From an uncultured Verrucomicrobiae bacterium (GTDB lineage: Bacteria; Verrucomicrobiota; Verrucomicrobiia; Chthoniobacterales; JAATET01): DNA of 64,000 nt. The DNA lies in the NCBI GenBank assembly GCA_963719495.1, contig CAVRCI010000008.1, positions 121,067 to 185,066 of the forward strand, given 5' to 3'. Position numbers and translations under genes: made by a program. The first letter of the stretch is position 1; every line of letters starts with the position of its first letter. Of the stretch, positions 29,861-39,883 are shown one piece after another. The notes beneath the pieces were generated by a model that saw only the letters and a list, made by a program, of their open reading frames with translations, ran no database searches and was not told the origin of the DNA.

Positions 29861-30508
29861 TTATTTGGCTTCGAAGATTCCCTTGGGGAGGGGGTGGTTG
29901 ACCTCGACCTTGGTGAACTTGGTTTCGAGGCCTCCGCCGTTGGCGAGTTCGACGTTGAACTTGGTGAGGATGCCGGTGGCGGTTTCGTATTCGAGGTTCA
30001 GTTCCTTGATGTATTTAGTGGCCTGGGCCTCGCGGGGGGTGAGGTCGAGTGCGGTGCGGTCGCCGGATTCCGCCATTCGGGTGACGTTGAAGAGTTCGCG
30101 GAACTCTTCGAGGGAATCGGTGACCGGGAAGCGCATGAGCATGAGCTGCTGCGTCTCGGGGCCGGCGTTGGATTCGTCGATGGTGCGGGTGGTGTCCGCT
30201 TTCTTGTCGATGAGCGTGAGGACGTTGCCTTGGCGGACGGCAATCGTTTCGGGGGGTTCGCCGAGTTGGAAGCGGAAGCTGCCGTTGTCTTCGAACCAGA
30301 TTTTTCCCGGGGTGCGGGAGGGGATGCGGAGGGTGGGGAGGCGGCGGGTCTGGGTGAATTCGCCCTGGAGGGTGCGGACGGTTTGCTGACGGGCGATCCA
30401 GCTTTCGAGGGCGGGCCAGTTGGGCTCGGCTTGGGCGGTGGTGGGCCGCAAGAAGGGGCAGAGAGCGTAGAAGGCGCCGAGGGTGAGGAGAAGTCGTCTT
30501 GTTTTCAT
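29861..30508 (-). CDS. LolA-like outer-membrane lipoprotein carrier
   Basis: Signal peptide, TLQGEFTQTR, GKIWF, FRFQLGEP, ALDLTP. Confidence 0.8.
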   Translation of the reverse strand: MKTRRLLLTLGAFYALCPFLRPTTAQAEPNWPALESWIARQQTVRTLQGEFTQTRRLPTLRIPSRTPGKIWFEDNGSFRFQLGEPPETIAVRQGNVLTLIDKKADTTRTIDESNAGPETQQLMLMRFPVTDSLEEFRELFNVTRMAESGDRTALDLTPREAQATKYIKELNLEYETATGILTKFNVELANGGGLETKFTKVEVNHPLPKGIFEAK

Positions 30509-30578
30509 TGGGCGGTTGGAATGCGGCTCCGGCGGGACGCCGTCGCTCTCACCCGGGACGGGTGAGATCCCCATCATC

Positions 30579-31820
30579 CTAGCGGATGGCGAATTTTTTT
30601 GGGTCGCTGCGGGCGTTGGCGAGGTGACCGACGGCCCGGAGGAGCTGGCGGCTGTAGGTGCGGGTGGTGAAGGCTCCGGAGGCCATGCAGCCGAGGTGCT
30701 TGGCGATGTGGGCGTCGATGAGGGTCGTTGCAAAATTCGGGTGGGCGGCACGCCATTCGGCTCCGGTCTCGTGCATGGCGAAGATGCGGCCGCTGTAGAA
30801 GTATTCGATGAACTGTAGCCAGCAGGTGAGGTGGTGGCGGGTCTCGCGTTCGTAGGCGACGAGCGCGGGGGCGGAGGATTTTTTTGCCAGGAGGTCCGCG
30901 AGGCGTTCGGCGGAACCGAGGGCGGTGATCATGCCGGGTGAGAGCATGGGATCGACGAATCCGAAGGCGTCGCCGATGGCGGCCCAATTCTCGCCGGTGC
31001 CGCGCTCGGAGATGAGCTGGTAATTTGCGTAGGTCTGGACGGCGGTGATCCGGTGGGCGTCCCGGGCTTCGGTTGCGAGAGCGGGGTCGTGTCGGAGGAC
31101 GTGGTCGAGGCGTTCCTCCGGAGTGTCGCCGAGTTGGGCGGCGGCTTTGGCGTCGAGGACGATGCCGAAGGAGGTGCGGTCGCGGAGGGGGATGCGCCAG
31201 GCCCAGCCGTGGTCGAGGTGAATGGCGGCGATCTGGCCGCGGGGGGTTTCGGGCGAGAATCCCTGGTAGTGGGCAAAGTGGGAGACGTCTTTTCGCGGAC
31301 CCAATTGGCCGGGAATTTTCAGAAGGCGGGCGAAGGCGCGGCGACGGCCGGTGGCGTCGACGAGGAGATCGGGCTGCCGCCCCTGCCAACGCGGGATGGC
31401 GGCCAGGGTGTCTGGATCGAGTTCGATGCGGTCGCCGTGGGCGCTCAGGCTGGCTCGCTGGGGGACGATGGTGGCCCCCGCGTCGCGGGCGTTAGCGGTG
31501 AGGAGGTCGTCGAGTTGGGGTCGCGGGATGTTGTAGCTGTAAGTTGGAAGATGGCCGCGGACGGACTCGAAGGTGAAATTGACGGCGTCCTCGGGGAAGG
31601 GAACGAAGGAAGCGCCGGGTTTGCGCAGGCTGAAGGCGGCGACTTGGTCCTCGATGCCGAGGCGGCGGAGGATTGGGACGACGGCGGGGATGTTGGATTC
31701 GCCGACGATGAGTCCGGGGCGGTCGCCGTCGTCGAAGACGACGACGTCGGAGCCTTGCCGGACGGCGAACGTGGCGAAGGCTGAACCCGCGGGGCCGCCG
31801 CCGATGACTGCGATTCTCAT
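30579..31820 (-). CDS. Flavin-dependent halogenase-like oxidoreductase
   Basis: GGGPAG, GES, DATGR, GWAWRIPL (WxWxIP), GDAFGFVDPMLSPG. Confidence 0.82.
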   Translation of the reverse strand: MRIAVIGGGPAGSAFATFAVRQGSDVVVFDDGDRPGLIVGESNIPAVVPILRRLGIEDQVAAFSLRKPGASFVPFPEDAVNFTFESVRGHLPTYSYNIPRPQLDDLLTANARDAGATIVPQRASLSAHGDRIELDPDTLAAIPRWQGRQPDLLVDATGRRRAFARLLKIPGQLGPRKDVSHFAHYQGFSPETPRGQIAAIHLDHGWAWRIPLRDRTSFGIVLDAKAAAQLGDTPEERLDHVLRHDPALATEARDAHRITAVQTYANYQLISERGTGENWAAIGDAFGFVDPMLSPGMITALGSAERLADLLAKKSSAPALVAYERETRHHLTCWLQFIEYFYSGRIFAMHETGAEWRAAHPNFATTLIDAHIAKHLGCMASGAFTTRTYSRQLLRAVGHLANARSDPKKFAIR

Positions 31821-31827
31821 CTGTGCT

Positions 31828-33171
31828 TCAGGTTCGTTTGATTTTGCCGCTGGGGGTCTTGGCGATTTCGGTGACGGTGCGGAATTCGAGCGGGACCTTA
31901 TAGCGGGCGAGTCGTTCGCGGCAATAGCGGGAGAGGATTGCCGAAGAGGGCGGGGTGGCGGGGTCGGAGGGGATGATTTCGGCGGCGGGGACGGCTCCGA
32001 ATTGCGGGCTGGGTTTGGGAAAGACGCGGGCTTCGGCGACGGCTTCGTGAAGCACGAGGACGGCTTCGATTTCTTCGGGAAAACATTTCATGCCGCCGAC
32101 GTTGATGACGCTGGCGGTGCGGCCGGTGAGGTAGAGGAAGCCTTCGGCGTCCCGGCGGGCAAGGTCGCCGGTGGCGAACCAGCCCTCGGCGTCGAGGACG
32201 TCGGCGCGCTCGCGCCACGGGGAGAGGTAGGCGTCGAAGAGGCCGGGGCCGCGGACGTGGAGGGGGCCGATGCCCTCGGCGTCGGGGTTGCGGATTTCAG
32301 CCTCGAATCCGGGCTGCGGGCGGCCGATGGATTCGGGGCGGCCGGTGGGGTCGTCGATGTTCAGGCACGGGAGGCCGCATTCGATGATACCGAGGCCCTG
32401 GCTGGGCGCGAGGCCGTAGCGGGCGGCGAAGGAGCGGGAGGTCTCGGCGGGGAGGCGGGCGGCGGTGGAGACGGAGAGGCGGAGGGTCGGCCAGGCGTCG
32501 CCGGATTTCTCGGTGGCGAGGAGTTGGTGGTGAAAGGGGGAGCCGTAGAAGACGGTGGCGTCGTGCTGACGGGCGCAGGCGAGGACGTCGGCGGCGAGGT
32601 GGCCGTCGGGGAGGACGGTGGCGGCTCCGTGCCAGAGGTAGAGCATGATCGAGACCGCGAAGTGGTGGGCCATCGGGAGGATCCAGACGACGCGGTCGGT
32701 GGGGCCGATGCGGAGTCCGGCGTTGGCGGCTTCGATGCGGGCGAGAAGGGTCTCGTGGGTGAGGATGATGCCTTTGCTGGTGCCGGTGGTGCCGGAGCTG
32801 AAGCGGATGAAGGCGGGGTTGGGTGAAGAGGCGGGGATGGGGAGAGGGGGAGAGGGGGAGAGGGTGGTGGTGCCGGTTGGCTCGATGAGGAGTTCGGCGG
32901 CGGTCGTGGAGAGGAGCTGCTCGCGTTCGGGGGGGGCGAGTTCGGGGGGGACGGGGATGAAGGTGGCTCCGGAACGGAGGATGCGGAGGGCGTGGACGAC
33001 GTAGTCGATGCCATCGGGGTGCAGGAGGGCAATTCGCTCGCGATTGGTGACCGGTGGCTGGTGATTGGTGGTAAGGGCATCGAGTTCTCCGTAGGTGACG
33101 GTGCGGGTGGGGGTGAGGATCGCGGATGCCGAGGGGGTGGCTTTGTGGAAAATTTCGTTGGCTAGGTTCAT
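31828..33171 (-). CDS. AMP-dependent acyl-CoA/acyl-ACP ligase
   Basis: FSSGTTGTSKG, WFATGDL, GR, INVGG, PEEIE, KTPSGK. Confidence 0.9.
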   Translation of the reverse strand: MNLANEIFHKATPSASAILTPTRTVTYGELDALTTNHQPPVTNRERIALLHPDGIDYVVHALRILRSGATFIPVPPELAPPEREQLLSTTAAELLIEPTGTTTLSPSPPLPIPASSPNPAFIRFSSGTTGTSKGIILTHETLLARIEAANAGLRIGPTDRVVWILPMAHHFAVSIMLYLWHGAATVLPDGHLAADVLACARQHDATVFYGSPFHHQLLATEKSGDAWPTLRLSVSTAARLPAETSRSFAARYGLAPSQGLGIIECGLPCLNIDDPTGRPESIGRPQPGFEAEIRNPDAEGIGPLHVRGPGLFDAYLSPWRERADVLDAEGWFATGDLARRDAEGFLYLTGRTASVINVGGMKCFPEEIEAVLVLHEAVAEARVFPKPSPQFGAVPAAEIIPSDPATPPSSAILSRYCRERLARYKVPLEFRTVTEIAKTPSGKIKRT

Positions 33172-33257
33172 GAGATCTTGGCGGGAGGGGAACGGAGGAT
33201 TCGGGGGGAACAAGACTACCAAGGCGTTCGGCCGCTCGGCCCGCTCGGTCGACTTTC

Positions 33258-33422
33258 GCTTGGGGCGGTGCGCTGAGGGGAGTGCCAGGCTTCGCCGGAT
33301 TGGGTTGGGTCGGCGAGTGGGAGGTCGCCGCCCCTCGAGCGGTTCGGCTCTCTCGCTTTGCTCGAATTGCCGAGTGATCCGGCGGGACGCCGGATCTCGC
33401 ACGCGGGACGCGTGCGCTCCCC
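33258..33422. repeat. ~160-bp dispersed palindromic repeat, copy 2
   Basis: Aligns with 7177-7336. Confidence 0.85.
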
Positions 33423-34681
33423 TATTTCGTGAGGGTTTCGTCCTGGTCTACGAGGGATTGCCACGTGGGTTTGTAGTTGGGGTCGTAGCGTTGGTCCTGG
33501 TAGTCGAACATGGCGGCTCGGTGGTCGATGATCTCAGCGACCTTGGGGGTTTGGCGGTCGAGGGCTTCCCGGAGGGCGCGGGTGGCGGCGGGGACTCGCT
33601 CCCAGAGGATGGCGTAGGAGTCGAGGAAGTCGCGGGCGTAGTTGCCGTCGGCTCGGTCGCTGGGTTGCCAGAGACTCTGCGTGGGGATGGGGAGGTCGAG
33701 GAGCTGGGGGGCGATGTAGACGTTTTTGACGATGGCTCGTTCGAATTTCTCGACCGACTCAGTGTCGCGGCCGAAGTGGGCGTGGAGGAGGCCCCAGCCG
33801 AAGAGGAGGGCGGGTTCGACGTAGTCTTTCGGGTAATTCTCCTCGTAGTGGGCGAAGGCGTTGGCGGCGGCTTCGTAGTCCTCGGCGAGGAGGAAGACCA
33901 TGGGGATGAGGAAGCGGGCACCCTGGTGGTCGGCGGGGTTGGTGCCGAGGAGGTCGCCGAGGCCTTCGGCGGCGGCGAGGTGGCGGCCCTGGTGCCAGAG
34001 GGTCATGGAACGACCGAAGGTGGCGCGGAGGTAGGGGCGGGTCTCGCGGTCGGTCCACCAGGTGGGGGCGAGGCCTTCCCAGCGGGGGGTTTCGCGGGCG
34101 ATGGTGGCGTCGTATTCGCGGAGGGCGCGGGTCCAATCGCCGCGCCGGAATTCGGCGTCACCGAGCTCGACGTGGGCGGGTGAGCAGTCGGCGTCGCTGG
34201 CGATGGCTTTGCGCAGGAGGGCGATTTTTTTGGATTCGGAACGGACTCGGAGGGCGGTGTTGACGAGGCCGGTGGCGAGGGCTCGGCGCTCGGGGGGCTG
34301 GTTGGTGGCGTAGTGGGCGACGACTTTTTGCGTGATGGTGCTGAGTTCGTCGCGGTTGCGGGTGGTGGGGCGGTTGAACTGAATGGTGACGTTGAAATCC
34401 TCGGCGAAATCGGTCCACGCTTCTTCGTCCCATTCCTCGCTCTCGCCGATGACGAGTTTGTCGGGCGCGCCGATGCGGTCGATGAGGGCGCCGAGGAGGG
34501 TCTCGATGCGGGCCTGGTCGAGTTCCTCGAGAATCTCGGGTGGGGCGACGGGGGACCCGGCGGCGTCGATGACGATGAGGAGGGTCGGGAGGATGAAGTC
34601 CTCGCCGGCGGGGAGGGGTTCGTCGAGGTCGATCCAGAAGAGCGTCCAGGTGGTGCGGGTGGATTTGAGTGGTTGGACCAT
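33422..34681 (-). CDS. TPR-containing hypothetical protein
   Basis: TPR-like helices (AHVELGDAEF, TRPYLRA, NPADHQGAR). Confidence 0.75.
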   Translation of the reverse strand: MVQPLKSTRTTWTLFWIDLDEPLPAGEDFILPTLLIVIDAAGSPVAPPEILEELDQARIETLLGALIDRIGAPDKLVIGESEEWDEEAWTDFAEDFNVTIQFNRPTTRNRDELSTITQKVVAHYATNQPPERRALATGLVNTALRVRSESKKIALLRKAIASDADCSPAHVELGDAEFRRGDWTRALREYDATIARETPRWEGLAPTWWTDRETRPYLRATFGRSMTLWHQGRHLAAAEGLGDLLGTNPADHQGARFLIPMVFLLAEDYEAAANAFAHYEENYPKDYVEPALLFGWGLLHAHFGRDTESVEKFERAIVKNVYIAPQLLDLPIPTQSLWQPSDRADGNYARDFLDSYAILWERVPAATRALREALDRQTPKVAEIIDHRAAMFDYQDQRYDPNYKPTWQSLVDQDETLTK

Positions 34682-34764
34682 TGAGCTGGTGATTGGTGAC
34701 TGGTGATTGGTGATTGGTGGGATGCGGGATGCGGCGTCCGGCCAAGTTCGGGCGGTCGGGGGGG

Positions 34765-35304
34765 CTACGCGCTCCAGGTGATTTCCATGCGCTGTTTGCG
34801 GGCGAAGCGGTCGATGTAGTGGAGTTCTTTCTCGGTGACGCCGTGCTCGTGGACCATCTTGGTCACTTTCACGTCGAAGCAACAGTATTCGGCGATCTCG
34901 AGGATTTTGCCTTCGCGCCACCACTTGATGGCGTCAAGGCCTTCGGCGATTTTCCCGACTCCGAAGGTGCCTTGGGCGAGGGCGTCGAGGGGGAGGCGGT
35001 GACCGAGGACTTTTTCGACGTCGACCATGAGGTCGAGGGTGGGGACGTGTTCGTCGAGGTTGAGGACGGTGTATTGGTTGAGGACGCGGTAGTCGAAATT
35101 GATGAGGTTGTAGCCGACGACGAGGTCGGCGCGGCGGAGCTGGTCGATGAGTTTTTCGACGTTCGGCTCGGAGTAGATCGTGTAGGCGCCGAGGCCGGTG
35201 CTGTAGGTGACGCCGATGGACATGCCCATGAGGTCCTTGCGATCCCAGCCGCCGACGTCGTTGGCGGTGCGCTGGGTCTCGAGGTCGAAGTAAACAATAT
35301 CCAC
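34765..35304 (-). CDS. YprB-like RNase H-fold DEDD exonuclease
   Basis: YFDLETQ, GYNLINFD, YCCFDV. Confidence 0.85.
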   Translation of the reverse strand: MDIVYFDLETQRTANDVGGWDRKDLMGMSIGVTYSTGLGAYTIYSEPNVEKLIDQLRRADLVVGYNLINFDYRVLNQYTVLNLDEHVPTLDLMVDVEKVLGHRLPLDALAQGTFGVGKIAEGLDAIKWWREGKILEIAEYCCFDVKVTKMVHEHGVTEKELHYIDRFARKQRMEITWSA

Positions 35305-35355
35305 GGGGGGGATTTTAGATTTTGGATTTTGGATTTTCGATTAGGAAATTACGGA

Positions 35356-35772
35356 ATGACGATTCAGCGAATTGCCCACGTGTGCGTGATGACGAATGAC
35401 CTCGGGGCGACCCGGGAATTTTACGAGTTGCTGGGGGCGCGGCTGGTCTTCGAGTTTACGCGGAAGGGGGCGGTGATCGGGTTTTATCTGGGGGTTGGGG
35501 AGCGGGATTTCATCGAAGCATTTCTGATTGGCGAGAAGCCGGGGACGGCTCGGGGTCAGGCTCTGGATCACGTTTGCTTCGAGACGGCGGACATGGAAGG
35601 GCTGCGGGAGCGGCTGGAGGCGGCGGGGCGGGAGCCGGGGGCGATCAAGACGGGGTGCGACCGTTCGCGGCAGTTTTGGGTGACGGCTCCGGAGGGGACG
35701 CGGGTGGAGTTTCACGAGTACACGGAGAGGAGTGCGCAGTTTTCCGGGGGCTGCGTGGAGGTGGATTGGTGA
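35356..35772 (+). CDS. VOC/glyoxalase family protein
   Basis: IAHVCV, FY, LDHVCF, APEGTRVEFHE. Confidence 0.88.
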   Translation: MTIQRIAHVCVMTNDLGATREFYELLGARLVFEFTRKGAVIGFYLGVGERDFIEAFLIGEKPGTARGQALDHVCFETADMEGLRERLEAAGREPGAIKTGCDRSRQFWVTAPEGTRVEFHEYTERSAQFSGGCVEVDW

Positions 35773-35841
35773 GTGGGATGTTTGCCCCCCAGATCCGAAC
35801 TCGAGGACGTCCTCACCCCGTTTGCGCCGACGCTCGGCCAC

Positions 35842-37296
35842 TCAATGCCCGCAAACTCGCGGGAAGGCCATCCGGAAGATGGGTGAAAAGTCGGTGGGGG
35901 AGCGGGCGAGCCAGTCGCGGATTTGCGGGATCGGAAGGAATACGGTGCCTTCGAGTTCCTTGGGGCAGGGGACGAAGGGGCCTTCGTGGGTGGTGCGGTA
36001 GATTTGGAGGAATTCGTGGCCGGTGTCGGGGCCGCAGCCGAGTTTGAAGAGAGGTATGAGCTCGACGGCGGTGATGCCGATTTCTTCGGCGAGTTCGCGG
36101 TGGGCGGCTTGTTCGTAGGTCTCGCCGGCGTCGACGTGGCCGGCGGTGGAGGAGTCCCAGAGGCCGGGGTTTTTGTCCTTCCAGGGGGAGCGTTTTTGCA
36201 GGAGGAGGTCGCCGTTTTGGTTAAAAACGAGGATGTGGACGGCGCGGTGGGAGAGGTCGCGGGCGTGGACTTCGTCGCGGTGGCGGGTGTCGATGACGTG
36301 GTCGTTGGCGTCGACGACGTCGAAATCCTCGTCACCGCGCTGGGCGACGGCGGGGGCGAGGAAGCGGGTGAGGGCGGTCCATTGGGGGATGGAGAGGGCC
36401 TCGGCTCGGACGGTGTCGGGGACGCCGAGGTGGGCGGCGGCGGCGGGCCAGCGGTCGCGGAATTCGCCGAGGTGGCGGTGGAGCTGTTTGCGGCGCTCGG
36501 AGAAGCCGGCGCGGACGAGGCGGTCGTAGAGTGGTCCGTCGCAGATGGGGGCTTCGGCGGCGGGGCGGGGGATGACGAGGATGACGGAGGAGTCGACCTT
36601 GGGGGCGGGGTGGAAGACGCTGGGCGGGAGGGTGCGGAGGGCGCGGATGGACCAGCGGCGGCCCATGCAGACGGTCATCGCGCCGTAGGCTTTGGTGCTG
36701 GGGGCCGCGTTCAGGCGGTCGGCGAGCTCGCGTTGGAGGGTGAAGACGAGGCGGGTGGGGCCGAGGAGCGGATCGACGAATCGGTCGAGGATGGGGGTGG
36801 AAACGTAGTAGGGGAGGTTGCCGATGATCTTGAGCGGGCCGCGGCCGAGAAGCTGGCGGGTGTCGAAGGTGGTGGCGTCGGCGTGGTGGAGGGTGGTTTT
36901 TGCGCGGAGCGCGTGAGGGGTGAATGGTGAATGGTGAATGGTGGGTGAGTCCCGCTTCGCCGGGGTGGGGAGGGCGCCGGGCGCGTGATTGGTGATTGGT
37001 GAGGGGTGATTGGTGGGTGATTCCGGCTGCGCCGGGGTGGTGAAGCGGTCTTTTAGGTGGGGGATCAGGCGGGCGTCTTTTTCGATGAGGGTCAGCGAAA
37101 TGTCTTTGGTGGCAAGGATTTCGGTGAGGCTGCCGAGGCCGGGGCCGATCTCGACGACGTGGTCGCCGGGTTGGATTTCGAGCTGATCGACCGTCCAACG
37201 GGCCAAGTTTTGATCAAAGAGAAAATTTTGCCCCAGGGACTTGGTTGGGACCGTTTCCAGGTGCTCCAAGGCGGACTTTATCTCTTTGAGGGTCAA
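35842..37296 (-). CDS. rsmA: 16S rRNA dimethyladenosine transferase RsmA fused to a C-terminal NUDIX domain
   Basis: KSLGQNFL, VEIGPGLG, GNLPY, FHPAPKVDS, RAEAL; then HRAVH, LQKRS and Nudix box GHVDAGETYEQAAHRELAEEIG. Confidence 0.92.
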   Translation of the reverse strand: MTLKEIKSALEHLETVPTKSLGQNFLFDQNLARWTVDQLEIQPGDHVVEIGPGLGSLTEILATKDISLTLIEKDARLIPHLKDRFTTPAQPESPTNHPSPITNHAPGALPTPAKRDSPTIHHSPFTPHALRAKTTLHHADATTFDTRQLLGRGPLKIIGNLPYYVSTPILDRFVDPLLGPTRLVFTLQRELADRLNAAPSTKAYGAMTVCMGRRWSIRALRTLPPSVFHPAPKVDSSVILVIPRPAAEAPICDGPLYDRLVRAGFSERRKQLHRHLGEFRDRWPAAAAHLGVPDTVRAEALSIPQWTALTRFLAPAVAQRGDEDFDVVDANDHVIDTRHRDEVHARDLSHRAVHILVFNQNGDLLLQKRSPWKDKNPGLWDSSTAGHVDAGETYEQAAHRELAEEIGITAVELIPLFKLGCGPDTGHEFLQIYRTTHEGPFVPCPKELEGTVFLPIPQIRDWLARSPTDFSPIFRMAFPRVCGH

Positions 37297-37322
37297 GGCG
37301 TTCGAGGTGGTGGCGCGCGGGG

Positions 37323-37387
37323 TTATTCACACGCGGCTTGTGAATAAATTACGGGGGCGGGGCGGACTTGTAACCAAGTTATTCACA
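37323..37387. promoter_or_regulatory. Cluster of three DnaA boxes
   Basis: TTATTCACA 37323-37331, TGTGAATAA 37339-37347, TTATTCACA 37379-37387; all match TTWTNCACA. Confidence 0.7.
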
Positions 37388-37400
37388 GCGTTTGGACTGG

Positions 37401-38102
37401 TCAGATTCCGCGTCTCGGGCCGTGGGCGAAGGCGAGCGCGGAGCAGGCGGCGGCGCTGCTGACGACGACGGCTCCGAGGACGTCTTCCAAGGGGATGAGG
37501 CCGAAGATCCAGACGCCGATCACGCGGCCGGGGTCGTAATGCCACGCTCCCCAGAGGGCACCGATCGGGTCGGTGGCGAGGAGCCAGGCGACGGCGGCGA
37601 GGGTGACGGGGACGATGGTGCGGAGCTGGCCGCGGAGGAACGCGGTGTTGCGGAACCAGAGGATGGCGTGGAAGAGGAGGCCGGCGCTGACGAGCATGGC
37701 CAGCTGGGAAAGGCGGAGGGGGGCGAAGGCGAGGGTGAGCGGGAGGACGGTTGGGTAGGGGGCCTGGTGGGGCGGTGGGGGGGTGGCGTCGTCGGATCGT
37801 CGGTCGTGCAGGCTGAGGGCGAGACCGGCGAACATCCAGGAGACACCGAGGATCCAGAGCCATTCTTCGAGGGGGAGTCCGAGGATCTGAAGGCCAATCA
37901 TGTTGGTGTCGGTGAAGGACCAGAAGCCGAGTTGGATGGCGGTGTAGTCCCACGCCCAGCCACCGACGGCGGCTCCGAGCAGGGTGAAGGCGAGGGCGCG
38001 GCGGTCGCGCCACCAAGTGCGCCAGCCCCAGAGGCCGAGGGCGGCAAGGGGGAGGGCAACGCAGAGGGTGAGCCAGATGAGGTAGGTCCAGGGTCCGAAC
38101 AC
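37401..38102 (-). CDS. Lycopene cyclase domain protein (two tandem domains)
   Basis: WD..AI..GFWSF..GLPLEE repeated as TD..GAWHY..LIPLED. Confidence 0.8.
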   Translation of the reverse strand: MFGPWTYLIWLTLCVALPLAALGLWGWRTWWRDRRALAFTLLGAAVGGWAWDYTAIQLGFWSFTDTNMIGLQILGLPLEEWLWILGVSWMFAGLALSLHDRRSDDATPPPPHQAPYPTVLPLTLAFAPLRLSQLAMLVSAGLLFHAILWFRNTAFLRGQLRTIVPVTLAAVAWLLATDPIGALWGAWHYDPGRVIGVWIFGLIPLEDVLGAVVVSSAAACSALAFAHGPRRGI

Positions 38103-38160
38103 GGGTGTTGATTTTCACGCGAAGCCGCGATGACGAGAAAGAATCCAATACGGATGCGGG

Positions 38161-38242
38161 CCTCGCGCAGAGGCACAGAGACGCAGAGATCAATGATTCA
38201 GAAGTTCTCTGCGTCTCTGCGTCTCTGCGTCTCTGCGCGAGG
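38161..38242. repeat. Palindromic octamer repeat (CTCTGCGT)n
   Basis: CCTCGCGCAGAGGCACAGAGACGCAGAGA ... TCTCTGCGTCTCTGCGTCTCTGCGCGAGG. Confidence 0.8.
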
Positions 38243-38265
38243 CAAGTATTTCACCACTTCCTGGA

Positions 38266-39249
<984 letters not shown>

Positions 39250-39317
39250 TTTATTTCGGATTGCGGGTTGCGGATTTCGGATTGGGGTTGAGCGCGGGGG
39301 GTGATAGGGAGATTGGG

Positions 39318-39788
39318 ATGCGGTGGGTGGCTTTGTCGATGGGTCTGTTGCTTGGGCTGGGCCTGACGGGTTGCGGGACTCCGGATTACGATGGGTATAA
39401 GTACAAGCCCTACACGGTGCGGGGGGTGAAATATTTTCCGCTGAGTCCGCGGGAGGCGGTTGGGTTCACCGAGACGGGGATTGCTTCACACTACTCGGAA
39501 GGGAATTTTTTCTTTCCGAGCAAGACGGCGATTGGGGAGAAGCTGCGGCCGGGGACGAAGACTTCGGCTCATAAATTTCTGCCGTTGCCCTGCGTGGTGC
39601 GGATCACGAATCTCGAAAATGGGAGGAAGACGGTGGTGCGGGTGAGTGACCGGGGGCCGTTCATTGCGGGGAGGATCATTGACGTGACGGCTCCGGTGGC
39701 TCGGAAACTGGGGTTCTACGACAAGGGGTTGGCGCGGGTGCGGATCGAAGTCTTGAGCGTGGGGGATGGGCGGCATCGGATTCGGTGA
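39318..39788 (+). CDS. Second RlpA-family lipoprotein
   Basis: Lipobox LTGC; PYTVRG, GIASHY, AHKFLPLP, DRGPF, RIID. Confidence 0.88.
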   Translation: MRWVALSMGLLLGLGLTGCGTPDYDGYKYKPYTVRGVKYFPLSPREAVGFTETGIASHYSEGNFFFPSKTAIGEKLRPGTKTSAHKFLPLPCVVRITNLENGRKTVVRVSDRGPFIAGRIIDVTAPVARKLGFYDKGLARVRIEVLSVGDGRHRIR

Positions 39789-39883
39789 GATGGGGAGGCC
39801 CTCTCCCCGCTTGGCTGATCGAGTCCGCCCATGAATTCGAATGGGCTTTCGCCTCGAGGCCGGACGGCTGGACGTAGCTCGAA

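Noticed and set aside
37300..37400. Chromosomal oriC
   Set aside because: Only three boxes, no evident unwinding element, no dnaA/dnaN and no visible skew inversion; kept only as a DnaA-box cluster
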